From Rhizodiscina lignyota (taxonomy: Eukaryota), in contig ML978129.1 of the NCBI GenBank assembly GCA_010015805.1, forward strand, positions 62,001-126,000: DNA of 64,000 bases. The letters run 5' to 3'. Every line of letters begins with the position of its first letter. The first letter of the stretch is position 1. The notes beneath the pieces are model-generated. The model was not told the origin of the DNA. It ran no database searches and worked only from the letters and a program-made list of their open reading frames with translations. This document shows positions 50,461-63,900 of the stretch, in pieces. The position numbers and the translations under genes were made by a program.

Positions 50461-53036
50461 TCAGATGGCATTCACCAATTGCCTTGTATCCCGCAGAATC
50501 GTCAACTTCTGAATCGCCTCGTCGAGTGGGATCAAATCTCCCTTCGCCTGGGTAGATGGATCGTCACGGTTGCGGATGTTGACCGTGCGACTTTCCTTTT
50601 CTTGCGCGCCAACAACTGTGTCCCGTCAGTAACTCTTCCCCTTGCAAGACAATAAACGCCAAAGCACTCACCAAAGATGAAATTATAACCCGAAAGTTGG
50701 CCAGCCCTGATCTTCTTCTGCATCGTATTCCCACTAATGTCGCTATCCACATGCATTCCCTTCTGTCGGAAGATATCCTGCACCTCTAGCACATAGTCGT
50801 TTACGGCCGGCATGACCGGAACCACCAGGACCTGGCGTGGTGATAGCCAGAAAGGCCACTTGCCGGCAAAGTGCTCCGTCAGAATAGCGATGAAGCGCTC
50901 GAAGGAACCGTAGATGGCGCGATGGATCATAACGGGCCTAGCGCAGCCGGGACTGACTTCTTTCAAGAAGAGGTCGGGCTTTGCGTCTTTGGATTTGGAC
51001 TGAAGTTGCGCAGACGTGCCCGAGGTGCCATTCTGGGCTTGCTGCGGCTCGGCAGCTTTGGCCGGTGCCGCCTCTTCGGCCTTCGTTTTTGAAGCGACTT
51101 CAGCAGTCACATACTCGAGATTGAAACGGCGCGGGAGTTGGAAGTCCAACTGGATCGTGGCACACTGGTGCTCTCGCCTCAGCGCGTCTGAAATGGTAAT
51201 GTCGATCTTCGGTCCGTAGAACGCACCATCCCCTGGGTTGAGTTCCCATTTCGCACCACCGCTTGCAGCAAATTCCTCCAAAGATTTCTGTAACATCGCT
51301 TCAGCTTTGTCCCAGGTCTCTTCGTCGCCCAAGAAGCCCTCAGGGCGAGTGGACAGTTTCATCTTGAAGGTGAAGCCGAACTTGCCGTATACTTCGGACA
51401 GGAAGTCGAACATACCGGTCATCTCCTGACCGATTTGATCTTCCGTGCAGAAGATGTGCGCATCGTCCTGGCAGAAACGGCGTACGCGAGTGAGGCCAGA
51501 CAGTGCTCCTGACGCCTCATTGCGGTGCAGAACACCAAAGTCGGCAAATCGCATTGGCAGTTCACGATAGCTACGTTCGCGGTGGGCGAACATGAGGCAG
51601 TGGCCGGGGCAATTCATTGGCTTCAGTCCCCAACTGTCCTTCTCCACTTCAAAGGTAAACATACCATCTTGGTAATGCTGCCAGTGACCGGAGCGTTGCC
51701 ACAACGAAGAGTTGTACATGTTCGGGGTCTGAACTTCGGTGTAGCCGCGTTTCCAGTACTCGGACCTGGTGAAGGCTTGGAGCGTATTGTAGATTACCAT
51801 ACCGTGAGGCAGCCAGAAGCATGATCCGGGAGACATGTCATTGAAGAAGAAGAGTTCTTGGTCTTTGCCAATCTTGCGGTGATCCCGTTTGGCTGCCTCT
51901 TCGAGATATTTCAGATGGTCGTCCATTAATTTCTTATCCGGGAAGGATATACCGTATATTCGCTGCAGCGAATCATTCTTAGCATCACCCAGGAAATAAG
52001 AGGCAGAGTTCTTCATGACTTTGAAGGTCTTTATCCGTCCAGTATGTGGTACGTGAGGTCCTCGGCAGAGATCAATGAGCGGTCCGCAGCGGTACACAGT
52101 GGTGCTTGTTCCGTCGGGTATCTTGTCCTTGATGATGTGCTGCTTATATTTATTCGACTTGAACATCTCGAGGAGATCTTCTTTCGACAGAGTCAACCTT
52201 TCAAACGGCTGCTTCTCCCTGATGGCCTTGTTCGCTACTCTTTCTAGGGGTTCGTAGTCTGTAGACTCAACAGCCCCACCCTCAGGCAAGGCCATTTCGT
52301 AGTAGAAGCCATCTTCGACGGGTGGACCGATGCAAAGGTCGCAGCCGAACCTCCTCTCAGCAGCTTCGCCCAGAATATGTGCGCTCGAGTGCCAGAAGAC
52401 CTTCTTGCCTTCAGGATGCTCGAAGTCCAGGAGCTTCAGCCTGCAGCTCTTCTCCAGGGGTCTCTCCAGATCCCACAGTTCACCATCCACCTCCGCGATG
52501 ACTATCCTCTCCCACAGACTCTTGCTAATCTGCTTTGCTATATCTGCTGGACTTGTCACCCAACTCTCGCCAATCTCCACTCTGTCATTGTCGAGGGTGA
52601 TGTTGATCTTTTGTCGCGGCTTCTTCGCATTGTCGGCATCCACCTTGGCCTTAAGCTCCTCGAACATCTTTATCCTGTGGTCTATGTAGGCAGGTGGAGG
52701 GCTGAGTTCGTCTGGACCGGATGCACCACCATCTTTGCCAGCTTTCTTCTTCTCTTTCTTAGGCTTTGCGGCGCCATCTGTGACTTTGAGGTTCTTGATG
52801 CCGTCCACGGCAGACTGTGCTGTTTGCTTTGCAGCTTCCATGTTGTCTTGCGGTATGTGGGAGTGTGTGCTACAATTGCGGAGCTGTCTCGCAGCTGTAA
52901 GGGGTACAGTCAGAGTTGGTGTTGGCGTTCGGAATTGGTTTGTGGCATGAGATTTTATACACGAGAACCGAGGCGAACGGGGGCCCGTTGACTCATAGAG
53001 CTTGAGCAGCGCAGAGGAAACTCTCCGTGCACTCAT
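50461..53036 (-). CDS. THS1: Threonyl-tRNA synthetase (cytosolic type, with N-terminal extension)
   Basis: [35 protein letters not shown] and PVMIHRAI. Intron about 50616-50671. Confidence 0.97.
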
Positions 53037-53232
53037 TCACGTCTGCGACTGCTGGAGTCACACCGCACAGCTGGCGCTGCGAACTCCCTGTAGTTTCGCG
53101 GCTCATCTTCGGCAAAACTCCCCAAATTTCTGTGCGGCGCGCCAAGACTTCGAATAGGTATTTTCTGGAGCTTCAAGGCTCGACCCCAACATCCCCAAAC
53201 CTACCAATCCACCGCACAATTCAATTAGCACC

Positions 53233-53963
53233 ATGTCAGGTTTTAGAGGCGGAGGAAGGGGCTTTCGCGGAGGACCTCCACAGCGTGGTCGAGGAGGAGG
53301 AGGAGGAGGTGAACACCACGTTCTCCAACATTAACATCAACGAAGAAACTTACAATTCAGGCGCAGGTCGCGGCGGTGGCTATCAAGCTTCATACGGCCC
53401 TCCAGACCAAGTTCTAGGTTTGCGCTCTCCAGCACATGAATCCCAATCGGTACTAAAATTACATGCTAGAGATGGGAACCTTCCTCCACGCCGCCGAAGG
53501 TGACATCGTGTGCTCCTCGATCAACACCAAGATCCCGTACTTCAACGCGCCCATCTACCTCGAGAACAAGACGCCGATCGGCAAGGTGGACGAGATTCTC
53601 GGCCCGCTCAATCAGGTCTACTTCACCATCAAGCCGCAGGAGGGCATTGTTGCGACCAGCTTCAAGACAGGAGACAAGTTCTACATCGGAGGCGACAAGC
53701 TGCTGCCCATGGAGAGGTTCCTGCCGAAGCCACCGGGCCCGCCGAGGCCAAAGAGAGCTGGTGGTGCGAGTCGTGGAGGTCCGATGAGAGGTGGAAGGGG
53801 TGATTTCCGTGGCGGTCGTGGTGCGCCCAGGGGCAGAGGTGGCCCGCCTGGAAGAGGTGGAGGCTTTGGTGGCAGGGGTGGCGGCTTCGGTGGCGGCCGT
53901 GGAGGTGGTGGTTTCAATCGCGGAGCACCAAGAGGAAGAGGCGGCTTCAGAGGAAGGGGCTAG
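53233..53963 (+). CDS. GAR1: H/ACA snoRNP subunit Gar1
   Basis: RGG boxes flank [14 protein letters not shown]...[14 protein letters not shown]...GKVDEILGP. Introns 53309-53360 and 53418-53469. Confidence 0.97.
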
Positions 53964-54151
53964 GTGAACTGTTAAAAAGACTTTCTATTGGAAAGGACAC
54001 TCAATCGGCGTTTGTGGAGCAATGGCATGACGGCGAATAGCCGTGAATTTCCCAACACTGGAGGTTTGGTTCATTAAATATTATGAGGACGTCTGACATG
54101 CGAGCTACGAGCATGCAAATTCCAACACTTAAAGTGACAATTACCATCTTC

Positions 54152-56822
54152 TCACTGCATTGCGTAGTCCACCATCCACCTCTTGTCCCCTCCATACGAG
54201 CCCCCGTACGAGCTCAAACTTGGCGGCAGATCCTGAACCTTTGTGCCCCAGCTGCTTTCGTTCTTTCCCAACGTCAGCTCAAGCGTGCCGCCACTCAGGA
54301 AGAAATCGTGCGACAGCCAGTTCTTAGTATACGGCTTTCCGTTCAATTTTGCGCTCTGGATGTAAATGTTCTCATACGCAGCGTCGAAATTGATGTTCTT
54401 GATCGTCGCCGTCTTGCCCGTCTGACCGTTCCTGATACTGACTTCCTTGAAGAACGGCGGTGTGATGAAGTACACGTCCTGGCCAGGGTTGGGGAATATG
54501 CCCATCATGGTGAGCGATGCGAACGAGCCCATCGCGCCAGAGTCGTCTGAAAACTACGTTAGCTTCATGTTGCGAGAGATGAGAGTAGTGAGAAATATTA
54601 GCCTTACCATTGCCAGGGATACCAGTAATACTCGTGTTGAATTGACTCGGGATATAAAAGTGGGCTTGCTTGCTCGATAGGCCTGGTCGTCCAGCGTAAT
54701 GGTACAAGAAGACCATCAAAAAGCCTTGCTCGTCGCCAATGTATAGCAGGCCGCTATCATGGAAGTACTGAAGTCGTTTCGTGAATGTTGAAGGACCTCC
54801 AAGCGTCGTGACCAGCTCGCCCATGTCGCCCGGTGCGAAGAACGTGTATAACCAACAGCTTCCCTCGTATGTCTCGTGACCCTCGGGGTTGAGGAAGCAT
54901 GACGTAAAGTTGAGCAGCGGTGAACAGAATGCCGGGTCCTGGAAGCCCCAGGTACCATTGAGGAACTTGGGCTGCAGAAAGCCAGTAAAGCCGGTATCTT
55001 TTCCGCTAAGGAGGGATGTTTGGTCTTTCTTGAACATGTTGCGCCAATTCTTTGAGCGCTGCGTATACTTCTCGTAATCGGCGGTATGTCCGAGTCCCTT
55101 GGCGATTTCAGCAATGCAGAAGTCGTCTGTCTAAGGTTAGCTTTGTCATTTCCATATGGGAAGATCGACATACCGTAAGCATACTCAACGGTTCGAGAAA
55201 TGCTGCGTGTGAATGGACCTGCGCCGAACGGGTCGTAGTCGTCTGTTGGGATATAGTGGAGATTCTTCCAACTCGTCAAACCGCCACGACCTTCGACCGA
55301 CCAATTCGGCGGCTCATCCTCCGCATCAGAGATAACAGCCTTGTATCCGGTAGCCCAATCCACACCTTCAGTGATATTCTTCAGGTAGGAGTCTGCCAGA
55401 ACAATATCCGCATTCGAGCCACCTTGCGTGAAGCCTTTACATAGAGACATTCTGCAATCAGGCAGCTTTCCTTCATGTCGGTAAATATCGATTAGGGACC
55501 TGACCATCCTGGTTTGGGACTCGGGATCCAGTAGTGTGATAAGCTGGTGGATGCTCCTGAAAGAATCCCAAATACAGTAGTAGCTGTCATAGTACGGCTC
55601 GTCCGACTCCCAAAGCGGGTTTTCTCCAGTATAGTCCTGAGGACTGATCATGCCACGATATATAGCGCTCCAGAATACGGTCTGAATGTCATCACTTACT
55701 CCACCAGCATTAATCGAGATGACGTCGAGCTTCTCTTTCCAAACTTTCTCGGCTGCAGCGAGCGTACCATCAAAGTCGAAGTCTGGGATTTCTTTCTCCG
55801 CGTTTGAGCATGCTTGGTCGGTACTGATGAAGCTCACACCAACGCGAGCGATGATTTCGCCCTTCGAGTCGGGAGCGTTGAACTGTGTCCATGCGCCTAC
55901 AGGCAGTATATCTGTGCCGGTATTGACTCCGTCCGGAACCACATTTACAGACTTTGGCTCTGTGCCTGCTCGGTTGTTGACGAAAACTCCGGTATCGCGG
56001 ATCTTGGCGCCTGAGAAATCGGCACAGAAGTGAAGATCGTAAGTTCCGATACCAAAGCTGGGATTGAATGTACCATTTCCGATGATGCGTCCAGAGTCGT
56101 TGTCCACCGCGACCGAGCCATTGCCACGAGAGTTCGACAAATCAGTCAGATCAGCAAGGATCAGAGGGCTGAGGTTGTCCCCTGAAAATGTGAAGCGATA
56201 CAGTGCGGTATGGTTCGAGACCGTCATTTCCGCCTTTATAGAGTTATTGAGGGAGATGGCAAAGTAGCCCGGCCTAGCCTCTTGAGATCCATTCACGAAA
56301 GTAGTTCCACGAAGGGCCTTCGGAAACTTGCAATTGTCAATCTGATCTCCGGGGCAGTTTGGCTGAGGGAACAGCGGGAAATTTCCCAAAGAAGCGCCCT
56401 GTCGGGTTTCAGTGATGGTCCACTTTTCGGGCAAAGTAGATTCCTTACGCCTCCAGTGCCAGAGTCATGCATATGCGAGAATCCACTGACGGTAGACGAA
56501 TCGAAAGAAAAGCCTCCTTGATTCTCATTCGTCACGTCGGCAACCGCTTTCGCCATCCCTGTGAGACATGAGCGTTGCCCGCAGTGAGTGGGCTGTGACT
56601 CGATGGGGGCGAACCGAATGGTAAAGTTGCACCGGCAAAGACATGTCCTGTGTACGTTAGTATAGGGACAACAACTGCTTCAATTCAAAGCGCCGTACCT
56701 CCATTCTTCGTTCCAATGAAGGGATCGACAAAGTTATAACCGCTGCTTGATGAATTTTGCGCGCAAGTTGATTGGGCGAGGAGGGCGGACAAGACCGACA
56801 AAAAGAGTCCACGAAACGACAT
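54152..56822 (-). CDS. Secreted GH92 alpha-1,2-mannosidase
   Basis: Signal peptide, VDPFIGT..GGHVF.GAT.PFGM, GFSHMHDSGTGG, TQGGSNAD, SRTVEYAY and PGNDDSGAMGS. Five introns. Confidence 0.93.
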
Positions 56823-58044
56823 CTTGAAGCTTCGCATCGGGACGCGTCGAGAAATGGAACGAGAGAATACTTGCCTCAAAAGTTAAAGGCTTCCCCAAGC
56901 TGCTTTTCTACTCTTCGTCTCTCCTAAGCCTCTCCGCAATTAGGATGTGGTCGGAGTGACCAGCTAATGCAGGGACGGGCAGTGCCAGAATATCCAAACG
57001 AGCATCGTGACATCATGGTGCCTGAAAATCGCTATAAAGAACGCCGAAATGAGAGGAAAGTGCCATTTCTAGCAGCAAATGGAAGGTGGTAGTGCATATT
57101 CTTGTAGTGAAGGATCGCCGTATTACTGGCTCCACAGCGACGGTTCCATCTTTTCGCTGCGGGGAAATCCTACCACCACGCCTCCGGAGGATGGGTAATC
57201 CTGTCTCTTTCTCCGCCTCAAAGAGATCCACTTCTGCCTTTGTTCTAGTGGCGTGCTCGTTTCTCTTATATCACAGACCGTGGAGGTTGGATCATGCAGA
57301 ATGCAGGCTCGGAGTCCATGCCTCACTGGAATAAGCTCTTGGAATAGCTCCTTGGTTCCCCTCTCTTTACCATTAGGCTAGAGGAGGCTGAATTAACCTA
57401 CCAGATGCTTGGATTCGCCGTTACAGCCTCTCCTTGACATTTCCCACGTCAAAGGTATTCTCTTTGACGATCAGAGTGTTTGAGGCTGGTGGAAGAGGCG
57501 CATTGTGAACGTTTAGACGAAGACGCGGTCTCAACTCCAACCCTGGTCGCGGTGGCTTGGACTGCAAGACACTAGCTGCGACTGGAACAACATCTCGTCA
57601 AATTGAGAAGATTCATTTTTAGTTTTTGGCTTATGTGACCTCGATCGGGTTTGGGGGATTGTAGTGCATTAACGAAATTGAAAGTTTTCGAGAGGTGCAA
57701 AGAAGAAAAATCCTCGAGAAGAATCAGGAAGCTAGTCCGTGGGAAAATTCATATTTATGTTCAAGATGGAGGCGGATGATCTTTGTTCGATCTCCTAGCG
57801 TTTCCCCGTTTAGTCCTTTGGTGTCAGCAGAATCTCGTAAACTGTCACTTTGGAACATCCAGAGCATAATTAGAGCCACGTCAGAACCCCATATATTAGC
57901 GACAGGTCCGGAGGTTATTTCATACAGCTCCGTCTTTCGATCCACAATTCCTTGGTAGCGGAGGAGCTATTGCACCTATTACAGGAATCTATCAAGAAAA
58001 TATTCTTTCACCACATCTCAATCGATCTCTATTTTTACGTCATT

Positions 58045-59736
58045 TTAGCTATCCGGACGAATATGCTTCAAGATGGCATCCTGCTTCTCGTCTCCAAATT
58101 TCCTGTACACCTCATCCAACTCTTCCTTGTAATCCTGATATGTCTGATATCTCTGCACCGTTCCTTTGCTCGCCCTCCTGAATGGCTTGGTCGGCGACGC
58201 AAACACAACATGTGTCTTGACAGGCACAGCGTGTTGAGGAACAAGATATACGGCCTCTTGAACAGTTTGCCACAACTCATCGAGCACCTGCTGACATTTC
58301 TCTTTCCCTTCCAAGACCGACTTCGGATCTCGCAGTTCCAATATCAAGGCTGTTTGCTGACGCCCCGTCCCATACAGTAGCGCTGCGGTTAGAAGTGGTG
58401 ATTTCGTTCGCAGAATCTCCTCGAAAAGCATCGGGTTATACTTCGCGCCAGTGGCAAAGACGATTAGATCATCCAGCCGGCCTTCATATCTCCAATAGTC
58501 TGCCTTCTTCGGATGCTTCGAATACAGGTCTTTGGTGTGGTATTCGACTTCTTCTGGGAACGTTGTCCATATTGCATGTAACGGCTCCGTTTTGGAATCC
58601 CGCACGCACACCATCTCATACAAACCCGGATGCTCTTCATGGAACTCCACGCCACTGAGTTCATGGTCGTAGTGGAAGTATTCCCAGTCCATGTCGTCGT
58701 CGTCTTTCTCTACCATGAACCCTATCCATGCGGCTTCTACCGAGGCAATGGCAGTGTAGAGCGGAGTTTTCTGCCTGATGAGATCGCCCGCAGCAGTATC
58801 TAGTGGTCCACCGCCAAAATAGACTTCCCTCATCTTCCATAGCAACTCAAGTGCTTCCTGGTTCTTTGAAGCCTCAACAAGCGTCTGAGGTATCGCGGCT
58901 ACGATATCGCAATTTCCATATTTAACGCAATCTATGAGATCTTGAGCTGCAATCACCATCCTGTCGGGCGGGCCCCAAACCATAACATGCCCTTTGCTGA
59001 AGAGTATGAGGGTCCAGAATGCGACCAATCCGCCTGAACTGTGCCATGGTGGAAAAGCTGTAAGGAACCTTGAAGTTACCGATGCTCGGTAGACTAATGA
59101 GTGCCGTCCAGCAGACGTTTTTGTATGCTGCTGGAGATCGCAGGTCAGCATCCACCCATGCTTTACAGCAAGAGGCTTGGGCATTCCCGTAGTTCCAGAC
59201 GTGTGTAGTACCATGAAGGGTTCGTCTCGAGCTTCTTGGACTGACTTCGTATACGGGTACTGCTTCGGCTGTTCCTTGCCCCACAGCAAGTCGTCAAGCT
59301 CGGGGATCTCGTGTACATCCAAATTCGACATACTCTCAGCTCCCATCAATTGCGAGACATCCACTTTCGGTGCGTGGAGTACGGTCTTGCAGTTCAACTT
59401 CTCGAAAAGGTGAAGATGTATCGCTTTGCTATTCCGCGGCGCAGAGAAGAATGGTTTCCATCCCAGCTTGATGAGAGCGATGGTAATAATGTGGTACCGC
59501 ATGTCCACGAGCCCGAAGTAGCCTGCCGTTTCAAACGTCTTACTAAAGCCGATCCTGCTTTCTAGAAAAGCACCCAGTCGGTTTATGGCATTAGCGAAAT
59601 CCCGTATCGTGACATCACGATAGCCCTGTGAGAGATCCGAGGACCGTGGACAAGATGCCATGACCCGGTCGCCATCTCTCTCTGCAAGTTCGTCGATGAC
59701 GATTGGGATGAGCCGTTGGCCTGGTGGGGAGTCCAT
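58045..59736 (-). CDS. Stand-alone adenylate-forming enzyme (NRPS-like A domain, no T or R domain)
   Basis: VLHTSGTTGMPKP (A3), YHTKDL (A7), YEGRLDD (A8) and RASKGTVQR (A10). 563 aa, single exon. Confidence 0.88.
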   Translation of the reverse strand: MDSPPGQRLIPIVIDELAERDGDRVMASCPRSSDLSQGYRDVTIRDFANAINRLGAFLESRIGFSKTFETAGYFGLVDMRYHIITIALIKLGWKPFFSAPRNSKAIHLHLFEKLNCKTVLHAPKVDVSQLMGAESMSNLDVHEIPELDDLLWGKEQPKQYPYTKSVQEARDEPFMVLHTSGTTGMPKPLAVKHGWMLTCDLQQHTKTSAGRHSLVYRASVTSRFLTAFPPWHSSGGLVAFWTLILFSKGHVMVWGPPDRMVIAAQDLIDCVKYGNCDIVAAIPQTLVEASKNQEALELLWKMREVYFGGGPLDTAAGDLIRQKTPLYTAIASVEAAWIGFMVEKDDDDMDWEYFHYDHELSGVEFHEEHPGLYEMVCVRDSKTEPLHAIWTTFPEEVEYHTKDLYSKHPKKADYWRYEGRLDDLIVFATGAKYNPMLFEEILRTKSPLLTAALLYGTGRQQTALILELRDPKSVLEGKEKCQQVLDELWQTVQEAVYLVPQHAVPVKTHVVFASPTKPFRRASKGTVQRYQTYQDYKEELDEVYRKFGDEKQDAILKHIRPDS

Positions 59737-60976
59737 GCTCTTGTGCGAGTGGTTTGAACTACTGACTACAATTTTGAGAAGAAGACAGTCTGCCCTTTAT
59801 AGATGCAGACGTAGTATAAAAGTTGATTATTGCCTACTAATAATGGGTGTGAGATTTTAGAGAGGATGAAAGAGAGCTGTGAACCTTCAAAAACGGTCGA
59901 CCTTGCGAGATCACCGAGCAGATATTCTCCGAATCCTGCCAAGGTGAAACTGTGTAATCATAGCATTTCAGGCAGCTTTCCTCGAGGCCATGCCTTACCA
60001 AATCATTGTCAGCTGAAAAACCAAGGCTCCTTTCGCTGCTTTCTCCCTATTCAGACCCACGATAGGGAAAAGGCCAGGGTCGGCTAGTGAGGGCTTCGGC
60101 AGGCTTTAGCGATGCCGGCAAGCTTGTTTACTCAGTTCTTACGTATTCAGGATAAAGGGTGGGAGTCGCAGCCACTCCATTGGTGGTCCGAGTGAAAGCC
60201 TATTGGCAGTCCGTTTGTCGAAGCTATGATCCAACATGGAGTTAAGAGTTTCTGCATGTCGGTAGTTTCTGTTGTATGATTTTGTCAGCATGATTATTTT
60301 CGCTCGAGACAACTTCGCCGTCCTGGATGCTGGCGAGGTAATATTTCTGTCGCCGGTGGACCAACTCAGATAGCCGACTTCTCGCTGCTCGGTGCAGTGT
60401 TCGGATTCTAGTTGTTTCCGGTTAGGGGCCTATTTGGTTAGAAAATTAGCTCATGAATCAACAGTACCGAGTCAGTGATAGAATAAGGTAAATGGATGCC
60501 GCCGATGAAGTTCAGGAAAATTCTCTCGAAACGCCACAAGGGAGACTTCGCCGACTATTTATGATCTCACACGAATCCGCACGCCAATGCTGAAAGCTAG
60601 AAAGTCACGCTGTTGTTTCTATCGCAAGACTGCCTGTTCGGGACTACCTTGCGATGTATTAGGCCGGCGATCTTCAAGTTTTGGAATCTCTCCTAACCAG
60701 ACATTTCCTAGGGTTAGGGTTGAGTTGTCGGGCGAGAGATGGCATAAAGCAAGTCTGGACTCAGTTTCACCTTTTATGAAGATGAGAATATAACTTTTGC
60801 ATACCGGATCGACGCGTTCTAGATCAGAAAAAGTTTCCAAAACTTAGGGAATCAAGGACCTATCTTCCACACAAAGACATGGCCTAGATTTATTTTCATC
60901 TCGTTAAAGGCAAAATATGCCGCTATGCAATATATCAACTAGCCGTCAGATGCTAAATATACAAATATATGGTATC

Positions 60977-63900
60977 TTAAACAATGCCACCAAATCTGTC
61001 CGTATCTCGACTGGCCCGTCCACGGATATCCAGCCTCTCCAAGCCCCATGATAAGTCCGTTCGCCAGCTGCGCGTGCGTATTGCCGGCGCAAAGTTGGGC
61101 GACATATCTAACCCCCTTTCTCTTGTGCTTTCGACGGCGGCACTTCTCCTCGGCGGCGCCGGATGCTCGACCCGACCGTTCACCTTAATTTCCGAGTCGG
61201 TATCGGTATCGGTGGCATACACGTCGCTGCGCCGTCTGCGGCGCGTGCTTCGCGAGCGGCGTGCGGGACGTAGTTCCTCGCCGTCTGATGGTGATGCCGC
61301 TCCGTCGATTTTGGTGCGCCGGCGGCGGAGGAGCCGTGTTCCCCTAAAGAAAAGACGGCGAAAGAAGGTGGCGACATCTTCGACTGCAAGGGCCAGTGCG
61401 ATGAGCGGTACTGAAACGGCCAGGCCGATGCCGAAAAGATATTTGGAAACCCAACCCAAGGGCAAGCCCGGAGAGCCATTATTTCCATGCGGGAATTCAT
61501 TGATTTCGATGGTGAAGAACGCGGCCATGAACGACAAAGGCAGGAACACGATTGTCACAATGGTGAACACCATGATCGTCTGACCCTGTCGAGCTGTAAT
61601 CTGGGCTTGGTTTCTCGCGACGCGGGCCTCCATCGCGTTTGCGTGCTTCTGTTTTAGGTCCAGCAGATGCGTCAAAGAGGTGTAGATGCCTTCGGCTTGC
61701 TTATCCATCCTGTCCACGTCTTTGATGTGTGTCTCTATAATCTTGAGTTGTTCTTTGCTCCGCCTCTGCATGTCAACTGCCAGTTCGCTCTTCCGCCCAC
61801 CGAGTTCTTCGCATATGCGGTCCGCAAGATCTGGTATGACACCTCTTTGCTCTTTCAGAACTTTGTCAATCATCTGGAGTTCGTCTCGGATGTCCTTGAT
61901 CTCTGCGAGGAGTTCTGTCTCCACATCGATGTCCAGCAGGGCGTCTACGAACATGCCATCGTCGACCCTATACTCGTCAAGCTTTAATTTCTTGTGTCGG
62001 ACACTAGGGTTGTTTTGACGGTGGACTTTAACCCAAGCCGCCGCGGCTTGTGACGCACGATTGAATCTACGGAAGAGCTTCGTCTCACGGTTTGTAACGT
62101 CGCCAATCGATGTGTCAAACATATCAAGAAACTGATACTCAGAGTGCCCTAGTCGATGCCTGTCAAACACACCTGAGCATCGGCCAGTAATCAGCATCGC
62201 CAAGTCATAGACAGATGTTACCGGCGGCCGAGTCTTTGAGTTTATATCCTCAATAATACCATCCAGAACATTGAGTGGGTCGTTCTTCGGTTGATCCCAT
62301 CGCTGTGGAAAGCATGTAATGATCAGCTCTTGGCCAAGAACCCAGCACCAAAGCTGATCAACCATAAACAACTTCTTCTCCATTTTGTTGTTCTTGCAGT
62401 ATCGCCATACGACTTGATCGCGATCCCGCTCCCTCGTATCAATTCCATGATAAAAGAACTGATCCAATGTTCTCCGGATGTGCATACGTGGTGAACTCTT
62501 AAGGTACGCCTGCACTAGATTTTCATCTGGCGACGTGTTCCTGCTGGCTATAGGCCGGAAGTCTTGCGTATCCACTTCGTTTACAACTCTGGCCATCTTC
62601 TCCCTCCTATTATCTGTCTCGTAATGCAAGTAAGGCATGAAGAGCACAATCTTGCCATGCCTGCCATCAGAAAAACGAGACTCTGTCCTTAGGTTTGGAG
62701 GCGGCCTGTCCCTGGGTCCTTGGCCATTTCTCCTGCCACCCGGAGCCGGACTGTTGTTGTTTTTTGGGGTCTCATGAGCTTGTTGTTTGTCTTTCTTTCC
62801 CCTTTTTCTTTCTGCTTTTGATGGTGTTTCCGCCTCAATGACCGGTTTGGGATCGCGTGAAGATTGGGCTTCTGGTAATGGCCCTCTCGGTGGAGGAGGT
62901 GGAGTCCTTCCCTGCTTCGGCCCAGGTGGAGGCTGGGAATCTGGAGGAGGCGCCGGTGGTAGCGGTGGTAAAAGCCTAGCTTGTTCTGGTCCACCTGAAT
63001 GCTTCATAAGCATACTCGTTGCCAGTCGTTGACAGAAAGTTCTCATAAAGTGTGCATGCACTTTCGGCCCATGGTGCTCCTGACCAAAGCACTTTTCGAG
63101 CGCCTTGAAATCGTCCACATCCCGTGCACCCCCTTCGACGAAGGACTTTGTTAGAAGAGTCTCGACCCACGAAATGTTGTTCGCTGGAAGATGAATCCAC
63201 CTGAATGCTGGCTTTGACTTGATGTTCTTCGTAAGCGTGTTGACAAGTGGTTTGTCATTTTTAGAATCCCATCCGTACAGCAGATCGTACACAGAATGCT
63301 TGTAGACAAGCTGTCCCTTGCGATGTTCCACATTCTTTTCAGAAGGCTGCACTCCAAAATCGACAACTGTTGCTTCGAAACCTTGGCAAGCCTTCTTCGC
63401 TGCGTCTTCCAGGCGTTGAGAAAACCGATATGGCGAGAGCATGTGTACGATCTCCAGATGACCCTTCTCAGCAGCTCGAAGCATAGGCGTGCTGTTGAAG
63501 GTATCTTTGTTAGAGAGCATTATTTCCGGTCTGTTCATTAGCTCCTGAACGATTTCGATATGGCCGTTCTGAGCAGCCCAATGCAACGCTGTCATCCCGC
63601 TTGATGTCTCCGCGTTGACGTCCGTGAATGATGTGTTGAGCAGCCTCCTCACAATTGCGGTATGGCCCTTTTCTGCTGCATTGTGTAATGCCGTCCATTG
63701 CCCGTCACTAGTTGCGGATGCATCCGCGCCGGCATCCAGTAGCATCGCCACTATATCTTCGTGATTGTTCTCCGCCGCTAACTGCAATGCGGTTTTTCCC
63801 CTATTATTCGTCGCCGCAACATTTGCCTTTGGTGCTCTCGTCCCGGAAAGCAAAAGCCCGACCACTTCCGACTTGCCAGTTGCAGAGGCCCACAACAGTG

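Noticed and set aside
60621..60655. 8-bp inverted repeat ATCGCAAG...CTTGCGAT
   Set aside because: Short enough to arise by chance; no target-site duplication or family features.
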